From a virus (Duplodnaviria > Heunggongvirae > Uroviricota > Caudoviricetes): DNA of 5,839 bases. Location: IMG/VR virus record IMGVR_UViG_2671180395_000013; one strand, written 5' to 3'. The position numbers and the translations under genes are program-made. Positions 5,405 to 5,839 of the stretch are shown here, one piece after another. Position 1 is the stretch's first letter. Every line of letters starts with the position of its first letter. Under the pieces are notes generated by a model, which saw nothing but the letters and a program-made list of their open reading frames with translations, had not been told where the DNA came from and did not search any database.

Positions 5405-5581
5405 TTTTTTATTTATCAATTAGTTAGATTGAATGACTCTTGAAATCCATAATTCATAGATGTTTTTTACTATTCTGTGGGTTTTTGGGTGTTTTCTAAG
5501 TTTTTTCAGATGGTTGTATTTTTTCTAAAAATCCCTAATCTCGATTTTGCTGTTTATTTGAGGCCTTTTTATGTCCCATAT

Positions 5582-5824
5582 ATGCCCCACAGATACCCCG
5601 CAGCCAAAATCAACAAAATGCCAAAAGGTTCTGTTCCTGCCCTGCAACAAGAAATGCTGCGACGTGTCAGTAAACGTTATGACGATGTAGAAGTGATCAT
5701 CAAATCCACCAGCAACGATGGCCTTTCAGTTACTCGCACCGCCGATAAAGATTCTGCAAAAACTTTTGTTCAGGAGACGCTGAAAGATACCTGGGAGTCT
5801 GCTGACGAGTGGTTTGTTCGCTAA
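5582..5824 (+). CDS. Hypothetical small protein, about 80 aa
   Basis: Open frame 5477..5824 in the ORF track starts at GTG, but the first 35 codons are Phe-rich translation of T-rich DNA. First ATG in frame is 5582 (alternative 5618); neither has a clear Shine-Dalgarno. The C-terminal 70 aa look like real protein (charged, mixed composition). Confidence 0.4.
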   Translation: MPHRYPAAKINKMPKGSVPALQQEMLRRVSKRYDDVEVIIKSTSNDGLSVTRTADKDSAKTFVQETLKDTWESADEWFVR

Positions 5825-5839
5825 TTAACGAGTAAAATC

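Noticed and set aside
5477-5581. GTG-initiated N-terminal extension of the last ORF
   Set aside because: The first 35 codons are Phe-rich translation of a T-rich intergenic spacer. No RBS.
1-5839. tRNA or tmRNA attachment site, CRISPR repeats, IS elements
   Set aside because: No T-loop or acceptor-like tRNA signature, no spaced direct repeats and no transposase-like ORF found on either strand.

Overview
This 5.8-kb window looks like part of a lambdoid (Qin/Rac-type) cryptic prophage from an E. coli-like enterobacterium. Nothing here could be searched; all family assignments rest on reading the sequence and on recalled K-12 sequences. Left to right: (i) an immunity switch, with a partial YdaT-like (cII-analogue) gene and a Cro/YdaS-like gene on the minus strand, divergent from a CI-type repressor (HTH plus S24 peptidase domain) on the plus strand, separated by about 90 bp carrying three operator-like repeats; (ii) downstream of cI on the same strand, a promoter with a fourth operator-like copy driving a long dicB-type operon: a 50-aa ORF, a 216-aa ORF of unknown function, a roughly 600-nt untranslated GC-rich spacer containing a 50-N assembly gap, a DicF-like sRNA with intrinsic terminator, a dicB-like cell-division inhibitor gene, a ydfD-like small membrane protein gene, a 414-aa ORF with an acidic tail, and a tyrosine-recombinase catalytic-domain remnant; (iii) an AT-rich spacer and a small ORF of unknown function. 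I found no tRNA, rRNA, CRISPR array or transposase. I do not see compelling evidence for a wholly new multi-gene system. The least characterised elements are the 216-aa ORF, the 414-aa ORF and an antisense 69-aa ORF, all inside or abutting a repressor-controlled operon that also carries known host-toxic functions.
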